From assembly GCA_001771365.1 (NCBI GenBank), contig METP01000033.1, forward strand, positions 11,325 through 75,324: DNA of 64,000 nt. The letters are read 5' to 3'. Each line of letters opens with the position of its first letter. The first letter of the stretch is position 1. The notes beneath the pieces are model-generated. The model saw nothing but the letters and a program-made list of their open reading frames with translations, was not told where the DNA came from and ran no database searches. A program made the position numbers and the translations under genes. Of this stretch, positions 10,739 to 20,380 are shown one piece after another. The DNA is from a candidate division WOR-1 bacterium RIFCSPLOWO2_02_FULL_46_20. Lineage in GTDB: Bacteria > Margulisbacteria > WOR-1 > O2-12-FULL-45-9.

Positions 10739-13507
10739 TTACTTAGCCAAATCCTGCAAAACCTTTTTCAGGTCCCCTAACTTCTCGCCATATGTCCCAA
10801 AATCACCTTGTTTTAATTTGCCCTGCGCCTGTTCATAAAGATCGAGCGCTTTTTTGGCCAGTTCTTTTGGATTTAAATATTTTGGCACGTCATCTCGCCT
10901 GGCGGAAGCGGTGCTTACCCTGCCGGAAAAAACAGAAGACAAAGCCGCACTCAATGTTTCCGCCATAACCACTTTGTTGCCATAAGCAGCAATTACTCTC
11001 TTTAATTCCGGCAGCTCCCCAGAAGAAGCCTCCAGATAAATTGGTTCAATATATAGAATGGATTGCTCGATTGGAATAGCTAAAAGATTCCCTCGAATCA
11101 CCCTGGAACCAATCTGCCCCCATAACGTAAACTGCTGGGAAATCTCCGTCTGCTGATCTATCCGCGCTTCAATTTGCTTTGGCCCGTAAACCAATTTTTC
11201 TTTAGGAAACTTATAAACAATCAGCTTGCCATAATTTGGGATATCGGAGCGCGCCGCCAGCCAGGAGACCATATTGTCTTTATCATTAGGGGTAAACGGC
11301 AGCATTAGCAAAAACTCTTCTCTCTTCTCCTCGGGCAGCTTCATAATGATGTAGTAGGCTTCCATAAGTTGCTCACTATTAGCATACATCTCTTTGGGCA
11401 GATTCCATAAGTCTTCCTGATTATAAAAAACCTGGGAATCTTCCATGTGAAAAGTCGCGTACTTGTGGGCCTGGATCATAAAAAGATCGTACGGGTAACG
11501 CAGATGCTTTTTAAGGCCTTCGGGCATATCGGTCAACGGCTTAAACAGGTTCGGATAGATTTTTGCGTAGGTCTGAGCGATGGGATCTTTCTCATCCGCC
11601 ATATAATACGTAACGTCCCCATTGTAGGCGTCAATTACAACTTTCACTGAATTACGGATGTAATTGAAGCGGCCGTATTGGGCATTAAACGGATCTGAAT
11701 AAGGATAAAGATCAGACATAGTATAAGCATCCTGGATCCAATAAAGCTTACCTTCGGAAATAACCACATAAGGGTCGCGATCATAAGTTAAAAATGGCAC
11801 AATCTTTTTAACTCTGGCCTGGATGGAGCGATCAAACATTATCCTGCTGTCGTTGGTGATGTAGTCGGTCAGCAAAATTTTCATATCGGAATATTTCATG
11901 GCAAAAGCCAGTTTTCTTAAGAAAGAAGAAATCTGCACCCCGCCATTGCCCGCGTAAGAAGCATAAACATTGCTATCCCCCTTAGGGTAGTCAAACTCTT
12001 TTTCTTTGGTATTAACGATCACATAATTATTGGTTTCTTCGCCAAAGTAAATCTGAGGCCAGCCGATTTTTAAGTTTGTTTTTGTTTCCGGCGGAATATT
12101 TTTGACTAGCAGATCCGGTAAGCCATCGGGCGTCTGCTCATTGACTGGAGACAAACATAAACCATAACCGTGAGTAAACATTAAATGCTGGTTAATCCAG
12201 GTTTGCGCTTTATCGGGCAATTTATCAACGCGCAGCTCCCGCACAGAAAGCATCACTTGCTGGTATTTCCCGTCAATTTGATAACGATCTATGTCAACAT
12301 CAGAAAAATCATAATAAAGACGAATCCCCTGCAGCTGTCTGTACGTTTTAATTAAAGGCCGCGGATCCCACAATCTAATATTGCCAATGGTTAGCACATT
12401 GCGCTGCACATCTCGCAAGCTTAAATTTTCATCCGCGGCAAAGGCTTTTTCTTCTACCTCGTCCAAACCATAAGCCATCCGGGTATATTTTATGCCATGC
12501 TTTATATAAGGGGCCTCCAACGAAATTTCGCTTGGTTTAACCTGTAAATTCTGCACAATCGCCGGATAAATCCCCCCCATAAATAGGGCTACGACCAAAT
12601 AGGCGCCCAAGCCGGTAAGGGGCAGACGATAGTCTTTTTGGAAAATATTGATAAGAAACAGGCCGGCCAGGATTATCAAAAGCAGTATCTGAAGGTTGTA
12701 AGCCAGAAGTTGCGCCTTGACATCAGTATAACCAGCGCCAAAAACGACCCCACGGGCAGAATATAATATTTCCAGCTGACCCAACCACATACCCCAGGCA
12801 AAAATTACCGCCAGAGCCGCCAAGAGCAAAGCAAGATGAGTTTTAACCCCCTGGCTACAATTCAACTTCAGCCCTGAAAAAGAGATAGCATTACTTGTTA
12901 AATATATCCAAATTACAGCAAAAAGCGGCAGTAAAAAGGCAGAGAAAAGAAAGCCCTGGCCAAATTTATGCAAGGGCAAGCTAAAAACATAGAAACCAAT
13001 ATCCCTGCCAAAAATCGGGTCAACAATGCCAAAGGCAGTAGCATTTAAGGCCTTAAGCACAACTTGCCACTGGGTTACGGCCGAAAGCCCAACGAATATA
13101 GAAATAACAAGAGTGCCAATTCCCCACAACAAATTTAGATTTTTTGCTGAGACCGGTTGCGGAGTAACATTAACCATGCCACTGTCGCTTGCTCCACCAC
13201 CCTGCTCGCCGAACAATTCCCTGATCATTTTCTGGATATTGATTGCGGGTGACGACTCCCTCTTTTCAACTACTAAATCTTTAGTCACTCTACGCGCAAT
13301 AAATATATTGATCGCGGCAATAACGAAAAAGAGCGAGCCAAAAACCAGGCCGGTTAATGCTTGAGCCGACAAGTTGGTCCAAAAGACCGAGGTATAACCA
13401 AGATTATCAAACCAAAGGATGGTCGGGTAAACAGAAATCAAAGCCTGCAAAAGCGGCCAACCAAAAAATGCCAAAAAGATAATTGGGGCAAAGGGAAATT
13501 TGCGCAT
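10739..13507 (-). CDS. UPF0182 family membrane protein
   Basis: LWFDNLGY, DPIFGRDIGFYVFSLP, NIRLWD, NYIRNSVK, GNLLAIP. Confidence 0.93.
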   Translation of the reverse strand: MRKFPFAPIIFLAFFGWPLLQALISVYPTILWFDNLGYTSVFWTNLSAQALTGLVFGSLFFVIAAINIFIARRVTKDLVVEKRESSPAINIQKMIRELFGEQGGGASDSGMVNVTPQPVSAKNLNLLWGIGTLVISIFVGLSAVTQWQVVLKALNATAFGIVDPIFGRDIGFYVFSLPLHKFGQGFLFSAFLLPLFAVIWIYLTSNAISFSGLKLNCSQGVKTHLALLLAALAVIFAWGMWLGQLEILYSARGVVFGAGYTDVKAQLLAYNLQILLLIILAGLFLINIFQKDYRLPLTGLGAYLVVALFMGGIYPAIVQNLQVKPSEISLEAPYIKHGIKYTRMAYGLDEVEEKAFAADENLSLRDVQRNVLTIGNIRLWDPRPLIKTYRQLQGIRLYYDFSDVDIDRYQIDGKYQQVMLSVRELRVDKLPDKAQTWINQHLMFTHGYGLCLSPVNEQTPDGLPDLLVKNIPPETKTNLKIGWPQIYFGEETNNYVIVNTKEKEFDYPKGDSNVYASYAGNGGVQISSFLRKLAFAMKYSDMKILLTDYITNDSRIMFDRSIQARVKKIVPFLTYDRDPYVVISEGKLYWIQDAYTMSDLYPYSDPFNAQYGRFNYIRNSVKVVIDAYNGDVTYYMADEKDPIAQTYAKIYPNLFKPLTDMPEGLKKHLRYPYDLFMIQAHKYATFHMEDSQVFYNQEDLWNLPKEMYANSEQLMEAYYIIMKLPEEKREEFLLMLPFTPNDKDNMVSWLAARSDIPNYGKLIVYKFPKEKLVYGPKQIEARIDQQTEISQQFTLWGQIGSRVIRGNLLAIPIEQSILYIEPIYLEASSGELPELKRVIAAYGNKVVMAETLSAALSSVFSGRVSTASARRDDVPKYLNPKELAKKALDLYEQAQGKLKQGDFGTYGEKLGDLKKVLQDLAK

Positions 13508-13574
13508 ATGTTAATTTTAACACAAAACTCGGGCTTGCTCAATCTATAAAAGCCATGCTAATATACGCAAAAAT

Positions 13575-14774
13575 ATGTTTACCAATATACACAATATAAT
13601 CCAAATCCCTCTTTTTAACATTCTGTTTCTTGTGACAATTGCCTGGAGCATTGCTGTTTTCCTGGAAAGATTTAGAATCCCTTTGATCATCGGTGAGTTA
13701 ATGGCCGGCATCATTATTGGCCCGGCTGTACTAAAAATAGTTCACCCTACCCCAGAGATTGACCTTTTGGCCAGCCTGGGCATGTTCTTTTTGATATTCT
13801 ATGCCGGCTTGGAAACCGACCCCAAGCATCTGCGCAATACCCTTAAAACGTCTATTTGGGTTGGGACAATGGGGATTATTTTTCCCTTTGCTTTAGGAAC
13901 TTTTACTATATTATATTTTGGCGGTAATTTACCCCAGGCTATTCTTATTGGAGCAGCTGTGTCCGGCACTTCCATGGTCACGAAATTGCGCATCTTAAGC
14001 GACCTAAAACTGGACAATTCAAAACTGGGCTACAACATGATGGGCGCGGCTGTCTTTGATAATATATTAATTTTTTTAATTATCTCTGTTATCATAAAAA
14101 CCTCCCGGCAGGGAACTTTTACTATTTTAGATGGTTTTTATACCTGTCTTGAGGTTTTGTTATTTTTTGCCATTACCTTAACTGTCGGTTATGTTATCTT
14201 CCCAAAATTTTCAAAATATTTTACCACCCGGCGCGGCAAGGGTTTTACTTTTGCTTTGCTCATGGGTTTTCTTTTTGCCATCCTGGCCGAATCTATCCAC
14301 CTACCTTTTATCTTAGGTACTTATATCGCGGGATTATTTGTGCGCGAAGAAATAATGAGCCATTCATTGTTTCAGAAAATGCGGGATCGCTTTATGGCTA
14401 TCTCCCATGGTTTTCTCGGACCAATATTTATCATGAGCATTGCCCTGAAAACAGATTTATCTGTTATTGCTGATAATCCGCGCTTTATCCTGGCACTTTT
14501 CCTGGCTGCCTTTGTCGGCAAACTACTGGGCGTTTATCTGGGCGCAATCTTTGCCGGTAATTCCAAAACAGACTCCTTGATTATGGGCTTTGCCATGAAT
14601 GGCCGGGGGGAAATCGAATTGATCATTGCCTTAATTGGTTTGCAGCTGGGCATTATTACCAGAAGCGACCTGTCTGTCTTAGTGATGGTGGCTTTTGCTA
14701 CAACTTTTAGCGCCCCGTTTATTCTTAATCATATTAAAAACGGAGCCAAACTAACTCTGGCCAAAGAAGACTAA
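13575..14774 (+). CDS. Cation:proton antiporter (CPA2/KefB-like)
   Basis: GELMAGIIIGP, FYAGLETD, AAVFDN, MNGRGE; multiple TM helices. Confidence 0.88.
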   Translation: MFTNIHNIIQIPLFNILFLVTIAWSIAVFLERFRIPLIIGELMAGIIIGPAVLKIVHPTPEIDLLASLGMFFLIFYAGLETDPKHLRNTLKTSIWVGTMGIIFPFALGTFTILYFGGNLPQAILIGAAVSGTSMVTKLRILSDLKLDNSKLGYNMMGAAVFDNILIFLIISVIIKTSRQGTFTILDGFYTCLEVLLFFAITLTVGYVIFPKFSKYFTTRRGKGFTFALLMGFLFAILAESIHLPFILGTYIAGLFVREEIMSHSLFQKMRDRFMAISHGFLGPIFIMSIALKTDLSVIADNPRFILALFLAAFVGKLLGVYLGAIFAGNSKTDSLIMGFAMNGRGEIELIIALIGLQLGIITRSDLSVLVMVAFATTFSAPFILNHIKNGAKLTLAKED

Positions 14775-14776
14775 AC

Positions 14777-15802
14777 TTAAAGCGTATTGATATCCCTGAT
14801 CAAACCCATTAATTGATTATAGCTTTGGCGGTCGAATTTAAAACAAATTCTGGGGAGATCAAGCCACTTCTTGCTTCTAACTTCGGCCGGTAATGGCCCG
14901 CAGGGTTGCAGCTCGCCTGCCATAATATCCCGGTATTTCCTGCTTAATTTTTTTAGTTCTTGCGGCGCAATTTTTTTATTAAGACGAATAACAGTCGCTT
15001 CACGGCCATAACAAATAGAGTGGTAATTCTTGTAAAAACCGGTTATTTCCTTGACTGCGGCTTTAGGTGTCCTAACAATCCGGAACAAATTAAGGTCCGC
15101 GGGTTGCAAATATTTATACCGGATCAGTTCCTTTTTCAAAAAGCCCAGCCAGTTTTTCCAGTAATTGCTCCAGGGCGGGTCAACCATAACCACAGGCCTG
15201 GGCAGGGTTTTTCCCGTCTGCAAAAGGGTTAAGACTTCAAAGCTCTCATCATGCGTGCCAAAGCCTCCGGGAAACAAGATCGTGGCATCGGATTCTTTAA
15301 TAAAAGCCAGTTTTCTAGTAAAAAAGTATTTCACATTGATCAGTTTTTCACCGCAGCTCACATAGGGATTGGGTTTCATTTCCAGCGGCAATTTAATCTT
15401 GACGGCAAAACCTTTACTGCCTGCCCCGCGATTACCCGCCTCCATAATACCCCCGCCCCCGCCGGTGATCACCATATAACCTTTTTTGGTGATCTCCTCG
15501 GCAAACTGCTGCGCCAGCTTATACTCACGGCTCTTTTCGGGAGTACGGTGCGAACCAAACATCACCACTTTATGCGCATTGCGGTACGGCTTAAAAATCC
15601 TGAAAATATGCCGGAGTTCTTTGAGTGTGGTATTGGCCTGATAAAGGTCATGGTCATCGGCCCTGTCTAAATGAAGCTTGATTACCGTGGTAAAGAGATC
15701 ATGAATATGGCTGCGGCTTTCGGGCGTACTGTATTCTCTGGCCAGCTGGTCAACCAGCTGATCTATTTTTGGATTTCCTGTCTGATAATTCTTATCCCTC
15801 AT
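14777..15802 (-). CDS. LOG family (lysine-decarboxylase-like Rossmann fold) nucleotide-processing protein
   Basis: FGSHRT, ITGGGGGIMEAGNRGA, YFFTRK, PGGFGTHDE. Confidence 0.9.
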   Translation of the reverse strand: MRDKNYQTGNPKIDQLVDQLAREYSTPESRSHIHDLFTTVIKLHLDRADDHDLYQANTTLKELRHIFRIFKPYRNAHKVVMFGSHRTPEKSREYKLAQQFAEEITKKGYMVITGGGGGIMEAGNRGAGSKGFAVKIKLPLEMKPNPYVSCGEKLINVKYFFTRKLAFIKESDATILFPGGFGTHDESFEVLTLLQTGKTLPRPVVMVDPPWSNYWKNWLGFLKKELIRYKYLQPADLNLFRIVRTPKAAVKEITGFYKNYHSICYGREATVIRLNKKIAPQELKKLSRKYRDIMAGELQPCGPLPAEVRSKKWLDLPRICFKFDRQSYNQLMGLIRDINTL

Positions 15803-16583
15803 TGATAATTTCTACCCCCTTATCCACCGTCTCAACCAAAAACAATTTCGAATAATTCTCTTTAATTTTATCATAAATATTTTCCGCGTCATACTTATGC
15901 CTAACTACTCCAAAAACAGACGGGCCGGAACCTGACATCTGGGCTTCGGAACAGCCAAGAGAAACAAGCTTATCTTTTATTTCCGTAATAACTTCATGTC
16001 GCGAGACAACGACAGGCTCAAGATCGTTTTTGATGGCCGGGGAAACTTCCAAATGCATACGATCAAATTCTTCATAGGCCCATTTGGTGGCCACCCGCAC
16101 ATCCGGACAAACTAAAACAAAGTAGCTCTTTGGCCAAGGCTCCTGTTTTTCAACAACTTCTCCACGACCGGTAACCAAACACGTTCCGCCGGTTAAACAA
16201 AACGGCACATCTGATCCAATCTGCGCCCCGATCTTCATTAATTCGGTATTCGGCATTCGGCATTCGGCATTCAGTCCGTACAGGACTGCAGCCGCATCCG
16301 CAGACCCTCCGGCTAAACCTGCGGCCATGGGAATGTGTTTTTCAATGTGGATTTTTACCCCGCCCCCAAGCAGCTCCGCCGCCCGATAAACCAAATTCTC
16401 CCTACCCAAAGGAATATACGGATCACTACAAGTTACTTCAATGCCGGAAGCTATAGGGGTTAAGGTTATGTAGTCACACAACGAGATAGATTGCATCACC
16501 GACTCAATCGCGTGAAAACCATCCGAGCGCGGTTCAAATACCCGGAGAGAAAAATTAATCTTCGCGTGGGCCTTAAGCCGCAT
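15792..16583 (-). CDS. ispE: 4-diphosphocytidyl-2-C-methyl-D-erythritol kinase
   Basis: AKIN, KHIPMAAGLAGGSADAAA, GSDVPF, MSGSGPSVF. Confidence 0.95.
   Translation of the reverse strand: MRLKAHAKINFSLRVFEPRSDGFHAIESVMQSISLCDYITLTPIASGIEVTCSDPYIPLGRENLVYRAAELLGGGVKIHIEKHIPMAAGLAGGSADAAAVLYGLNAECRMPNTELMKIGAQIGSDVPFCLTGGTCLVTGRGEVVEKQEPWPKSYFVLVCPDVRVATKWAYEEFDRMHLEVSPAIKNDLEPVVVSRHEVITEIKDKLVSLGCSEAQMSGSGPSVFGVVRHKYDAENIYDKIKENYSKLFLVETVDKGVEIINEG
16241..16275. repeat. Heptamer tandem repeat inside ispE
   Basis: attcggt attcggc attcggc attcggc attcagt. Confidence 0.8.
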
Positions 16584-16833
16584 TAAATCTTTTAACTAAA
16601 CGCGACTTCTTTCGAGCAGCTTTATTCTTATGAATAATACCGCGCTGGGCAGTCTTATCCACCAGAGAGATCGCCCGCATAACTAATTCTTTAACTTCAG
16701 CAGATTTGCCGGCAATAGCCCGATCGGCCAATTTAAACGCTTTTTTGAGCGCTTGCTTTGCCTCCACATTTCTGGCTTGTCTTTTCTTAGCAGTCCTGGC
16801 CCGTTTTCTGCCTGATTTTGATTTTTGTGCCAT
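16573..16833 (-). CDS. rpsT: 30S ribosomal protein S20
   Basis: KSGRKRAR...RN, GIIHKNKAARKKSRL; ATG at 16833 after a G-rich RBS. Confidence 0.95.
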   Translation of the reverse strand: MAQKSKSGRKRARTAKKRQARNVEAKQALKKAFKLADRAIAGKSAEVKELVMRAISLVDKTAQRGIIHKNKAARKKSRLVKRFNAA

Positions 16834-16925
16834 GCTTACCCCCCCTTGAACTTGACCTTGAACCATATAAAATATCAGTTCAGGGTTGACATAGTACCAC
16901 AATTTACATTATCATATCAAGCACT

Positions 16926-17807
16926 TTGAGTATCCACGATTGGTTTAAGCGGAAAAAAGAGACACAATATCCCGCCTATGCCCGCGAAAGACTCGATATC
17001 CCCGGCAACTTATGGGTCAAGTGCTATAAGTGTAATGAGGCTATCTTCGCGCGGGACCTGGAGGCCAATCTTAAGGTTTGCCCTAAATGCAACTATCATT
17101 TCAAGCTCTCCTCGGCTGAGAGGATCGAGCAAATACTTGACGCAAAAAGTTTTAAGGTTATTAACTCCCATATTAAATCCACAGATTTTCTAAATTTTGT
17201 GGATTCCAAATCGTACACTCAGAGGATCGAAAGCACCCTGCTAAAATCCGCTCTCTCTGATGCCATTAACACCGGAACCGGCAAAATCGAGGGGTACGAT
17301 GTTGCGATCGGCGCAATGGACTTTTCTTTTATGGGTGGCAGCATGGGCTCAGTTGTCGGAGAAAAAATCGCCCGCCTTATCGAATTAGCCATAGAAAAAA
17401 AGTTCCCCGTAATTATTTTTTCTTCCTCCGGCGGAGCGCGCATGCAGGAAGGGATCATGAGCCTGATGCAGATGGCCAAAACGTCTGCCGCCCTGGGCAG
17501 ACTGCGTGAGAACAGGCTGCCATATATTTCGGTTTTGACCGACCCAACCACCGGAGGGACTTCGGCCAGCTACGCTATGCTTGGGGATATTAATATTGCC
17601 GAACCCGGAGCCTTGATCTGCTTTGCCGGACCAAGGGTAATTGAACAAACTATCCGGCAAAAACTGCCGCCAGGTTTTCAACGTTCTGAATATTTACTGG
17701 AACACGGCATGCTTGATCTTGTTTGTCAAAGGGATAAAATGAAAGAGACCCTGACAAAACTATTAAAGTGGTTTTCCCGACAGGAAGTCGGGATCCCGAA
17801 GCAATAG
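16926..17807 (+). CDS. accD: Acetyl-CoA carboxylase carboxyltransferase beta subunit
   Basis: LWVKC..C...VCPKC zinc finger, FMGGSMGSVVGE, SGGARMQEG. Confidence 0.97.
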   Translation: MSIHDWFKRKKETQYPAYARERLDIPGNLWVKCYKCNEAIFARDLEANLKVCPKCNYHFKLSSAERIEQILDAKSFKVINSHIKSTDFLNFVDSKSYTQRIESTLLKSALSDAINTGTGKIEGYDVAIGAMDFSFMGGSMGSVVGEKIARLIELAIEKKFPVIIFSSSGGARMQEGIMSLMQMAKTSAALGRLRENRLPYISVLTDPTTGGTSASYAMLGDINIAEPGALICFAGPRVIEQTIRQKLPPGFQRSEYLLEHGMLDLVCQRDKMKETLTKLLKWFSRQEVGIPKQ

Positions 17808-17832
17808 ATATAATTATGGTAATCGGGAAACA

Positions 17833-18813
17833 ATGAACAAACAAAACAACAATAATAAAAGAACTCTGTTCGAGTTTGAAAAACCATTGCTTGAGCTTTA
17901 CGATAAGCTGGATGAGCTTGGCGCTGTCGCCGCCTCAAGTGAAATGAACATGAGTGAAGAGATCAGGCTAATGGAAAAGAGGATCGAGAGCGTGCGTCGG
18001 GATATTTTTGCCAAACTCTCTCCCATCCAAATCGTTCAGGTTGCCCGACACATGCAAAGGCCCACCACTCTGGATTATGTAAATTATATTTTTGATGATT
18101 TTGTTGAGCTCCATGGAGATCGCAATTTTTCTGATGATCCGGCTATGGTGGCCGGATTGGCAGAATTAAACGGCCGGCCTATTGTTATAATTGGACAGCA
18201 AAAAGGCAAAAACACTAAAGACAACATCACCAGGAATTTTGGCATGGCCAATCCCGAAGGTTACCGCAAAGCTTTGCGTGTCATGCGCATTGCTGAAAGA
18301 TACGAAAGACCGATCGTTTCATTTATAGACACACCAGGTGCTTACCCCGGCATCGGGGCTGAGGAACGCGGCCAGGCTGAGGCCATTGCCAAAAATTTAA
18401 GGGAAATGTCGGAACTGACTGTTCCCTTTGTTTCTATTGTTACGGGTGAAGGGGGCTCCGGCGGAGCTTTGGGCATTGGCATGGGCAATCGGGTTTTAAT
18501 GCTTGAATTCTCAATCTATTCTGTAATTTCTCCTGAGGGCTGCGCTTCTATTTTATTCCGCGATGCCAAACGCGCCAATGACGCAGCCATAGCCATGAAA
18601 ATTACTGCGCCGGATTTATTAAAACTCGAGGTTATAGACGAGATTATAAGAGAACCGGCCGGCGGCGCCCATAACAGCGCTGAAAAAGCCGCCTCTTTTA
18701 TAAAATTTGCTATAATAAAGAATCTGGAGCCATTGCTTTTGCTTTCCCATCGCGAGCTTATCGCTGATCGTTATAATAAGTTCAGGAAGATGGGAATATT
18801 TAAGGAAGAATAA
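17833..18813 (+). CDS. accA: Acetyl-CoA carboxylase carboxyltransferase alpha subunit
   Basis: ELHGDR, RNFGM, DTPGAYPG, YSVISPEGC. Confidence 0.97.
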   Translation: MNKQNNNNKRTLFEFEKPLLELYDKLDELGAVAASSEMNMSEEIRLMEKRIESVRRDIFAKLSPIQIVQVARHMQRPTTLDYVNYIFDDFVELHGDRNFSDDPAMVAGLAELNGRPIVIIGQQKGKNTKDNITRNFGMANPEGYRKALRVMRIAERYERPIVSFIDTPGAYPGIGAEERGQAEAIAKNLREMSELTVPFVSIVTGEGGSGGALGIGMGNRVLMLEFSIYSVISPEGCASILFRDAKRANDAAIAMKITAPDLLKLEVIDEIIREPAGGAHNSAEKAASFIKFAIIKNLEPLLLLSHRELIADRYNKFRKMGIFKEE

Positions 18814-18883
18814 TCTTCTGTGTCAAGCCAAAATAGGCGCACCTTGAACAATCTTTAAATTCGTGAGAAAATTCATTGTCCTT

Positions 18884-18968
18884 GCCGCTGTGGCGGAACT
18901 GGCAGACGCGCTTGACTCAAAATCAGGTTGGGTTTACCCCAGTGTCGGTTCAACTCCGACCAGCGGCA
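18884..18968 (+). tRNA. tRNA-Leu(CAA)
   Basis: GCCGCTG/CAGCGGC acceptor stem, anticodon loop CT-CAA-AA, long variable arm; CCA not encoded. Confidence 0.95.
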
Positions 18969-18982
18969 TTAAAAAATCTCGT

Positions 18983-19066
18983 GCCCAGGTGGCGGAACTG
19001 GCAGACGCGCTAGCTTCAGGAGCTAGTGGGGTCAAACCCGTGGAGGTTCAAATCCTCTCCTGGGCA
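18983..19066 (+). tRNA. tRNA-Leu(CAG)
   Basis: GCCCAGG/CCTGGGC acceptor stem, CTAGC-TTCAGGA-GCTAG anticodon arm, GGTTCAAATCC T arm. Confidence 0.96.
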
Positions 19067-19158
19067 TTTGAATTTTACCGCAAACCATTCCGTGCCGCGC
19101 TGGCCCTTCTGATTATACTCAACCCTCCCCAGCGGGCGCGTACCTTCAGCCCCCACTC
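19063..19158 (+). repeat. Cassette left end, copy 1 (96 bp identical to 23166-23261)
   Basis: GGCATTTGAATTTTACCGCAAACCATTCC...CAGCCCCCACTC; similarity continues to GCGCCCGCT at 19175. Confidence 0.93.
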
Positions 19159-19241
19159 AAATAATTGCGCCCGCTCTTACCGAGTGCATTTGCCTATTAC
19201 CAAAATTTGAGGTATTATTGAAATTAGGTGCCAGCATACAA

Positions 19242-20138
19242 ATGAACGCTGAACAAGAAAATAAAGAATCAACAACCCCTCTCGCTAAATATCTACAAAG
19301 CAATGATGTTTTGCTGATGTTATATCCCAAAGACGAAAATGGATATTTTTCAGAAAGCATACAACAAAAAGATGAGATCTCAATCTATAAACTCATCAAG
19401 GATAAAAAGGAATACAAAGAAACCCTACTGATTTTTCTAAACACAAGTGGCGGGAATGTTTATTCCGCAGTAAAAATAATGGATTCTTTGAGAACAAAAT
19501 ACAAAAAGATTACAATCGCTATTCCGCAAGAAGCAAAAAGCTCCGGAACGATGATGTGCTGTGGTGCTAACAAACTCATTCTGAGCCCGATCTCAGAATT
19601 AGGGCCACTTGATAAACCGATGGTGCATCCTGACAAAGAAACGGCCAGGATATCCGCACTAGATATTGTTAAATCCATAGATGGGATGTTAGATACAGCA
19701 GAGGAAAGACAAAAGATGTTGGCAAGAGGGTTTAATGAGGAATTCGGGGTGCCAATCGAAAAAAGCCTTGTTCTTGCCAGCGAATCGACTTCAAAGCTTA
19801 TTTCTCCGATGCTATGCAGGGAAGATGTTAAATTTTATAATCAAGCGAAGCGCTTACTCGCGATAGCAGAAAAATATGGCACTGAATTATTAATAAACTA
19901 TATGCTCAAATATATTGACAAAGACAAGCTAAGGGAAAAAATCGCCTCAATGATAATTAGACGACTAGTGTGGCTATATCCTGATCATGGGTTTGCTATC
20001 AGACGCAACGAATTAAAAGAGTGGTTTTTTACTATCGAGGATTCAGAAAATATGGAATGTTGGGATGAATTGTGGAAAGAATTTGAAAAGAGCATTGAAA
20101 ATGGTGGCCGCAAATTGATCAAATTTATGGGCGCATAA
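19242..20138 (+). CDS. SDH-family Clp-fold serine proteinase (DUF114-like)
   Basis: LNTSGG, AKSSGT, SELGPLD, PDHGFAIRRNE motifs. Confidence 0.8.
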   Translation: MNAEQENKESTTPLAKYLQSNDVLLMLYPKDENGYFSESIQQKDEISIYKLIKDKKEYKETLLIFLNTSGGNVYSAVKIMDSLRTKYKKITIAIPQEAKSSGTMMCCGANKLILSPISELGPLDKPMVHPDKETARISALDIVKSIDGMLDTAEERQKMLARGFNEEFGVPIEKSLVLASESTSKLISPMLCREDVKFYNQAKRLLAIAEKYGTELLINYMLKYIDKDKLREKIASMIIRRLVWLYPDHGFAIRRNELKEWFFTIEDSENMECWDELWKEFEKSIENGGRKLIKFMGA

Positions 20139-20140
20139 TC

Positions 20141-20359
20141 ATGCACAGAACATTTATGTCAAATTTTGATACGGACGAAAAAGGCCCCAATAAACCGGCG
20201 ATTGCGCCCGGGAACGCCGAATCACCACCTATTAGTGTGACAGAGAAATTAGTACGGGAAGAAATTAAAAAACTTAGCGAAAACTCAGAAGAATTAAAAA
20301 GGCTTAAAGAGCAGATGGCTAAAAAGACAAAGCATGAAGAATCTAGTGGGCAAAAGTAG
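20141..20359 (+). CDS. Small hypothetical coiled-coil protein
   Basis: 72-aa ORF 2 nt after the protease stop; charged helical C-terminal half. Confidence 0.5.
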   Translation: MHRTFMSNFDTDEKGPNKPAIAPGNAESPPISVTEKLVREEIKKLSENSEELKRLKEQMAKKTKHEESSGQK

Positions 20360-20380
20360 CGCCTCTAAATCTCAAGCTGA

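Noticed and set aside
19067..19175. tRNA-associated theta/HDV-like ribozyme or c-di-GMP riboswitch
   Set aside because: I could not build the nested pseudoknot or find the GEMM GAAA/GCAAAG elements; the region is better explained as a cassette end.
18863..19210. 115-aa ORF
   Set aside because: It overlaps two tRNA-Leu genes and the cassette left end.
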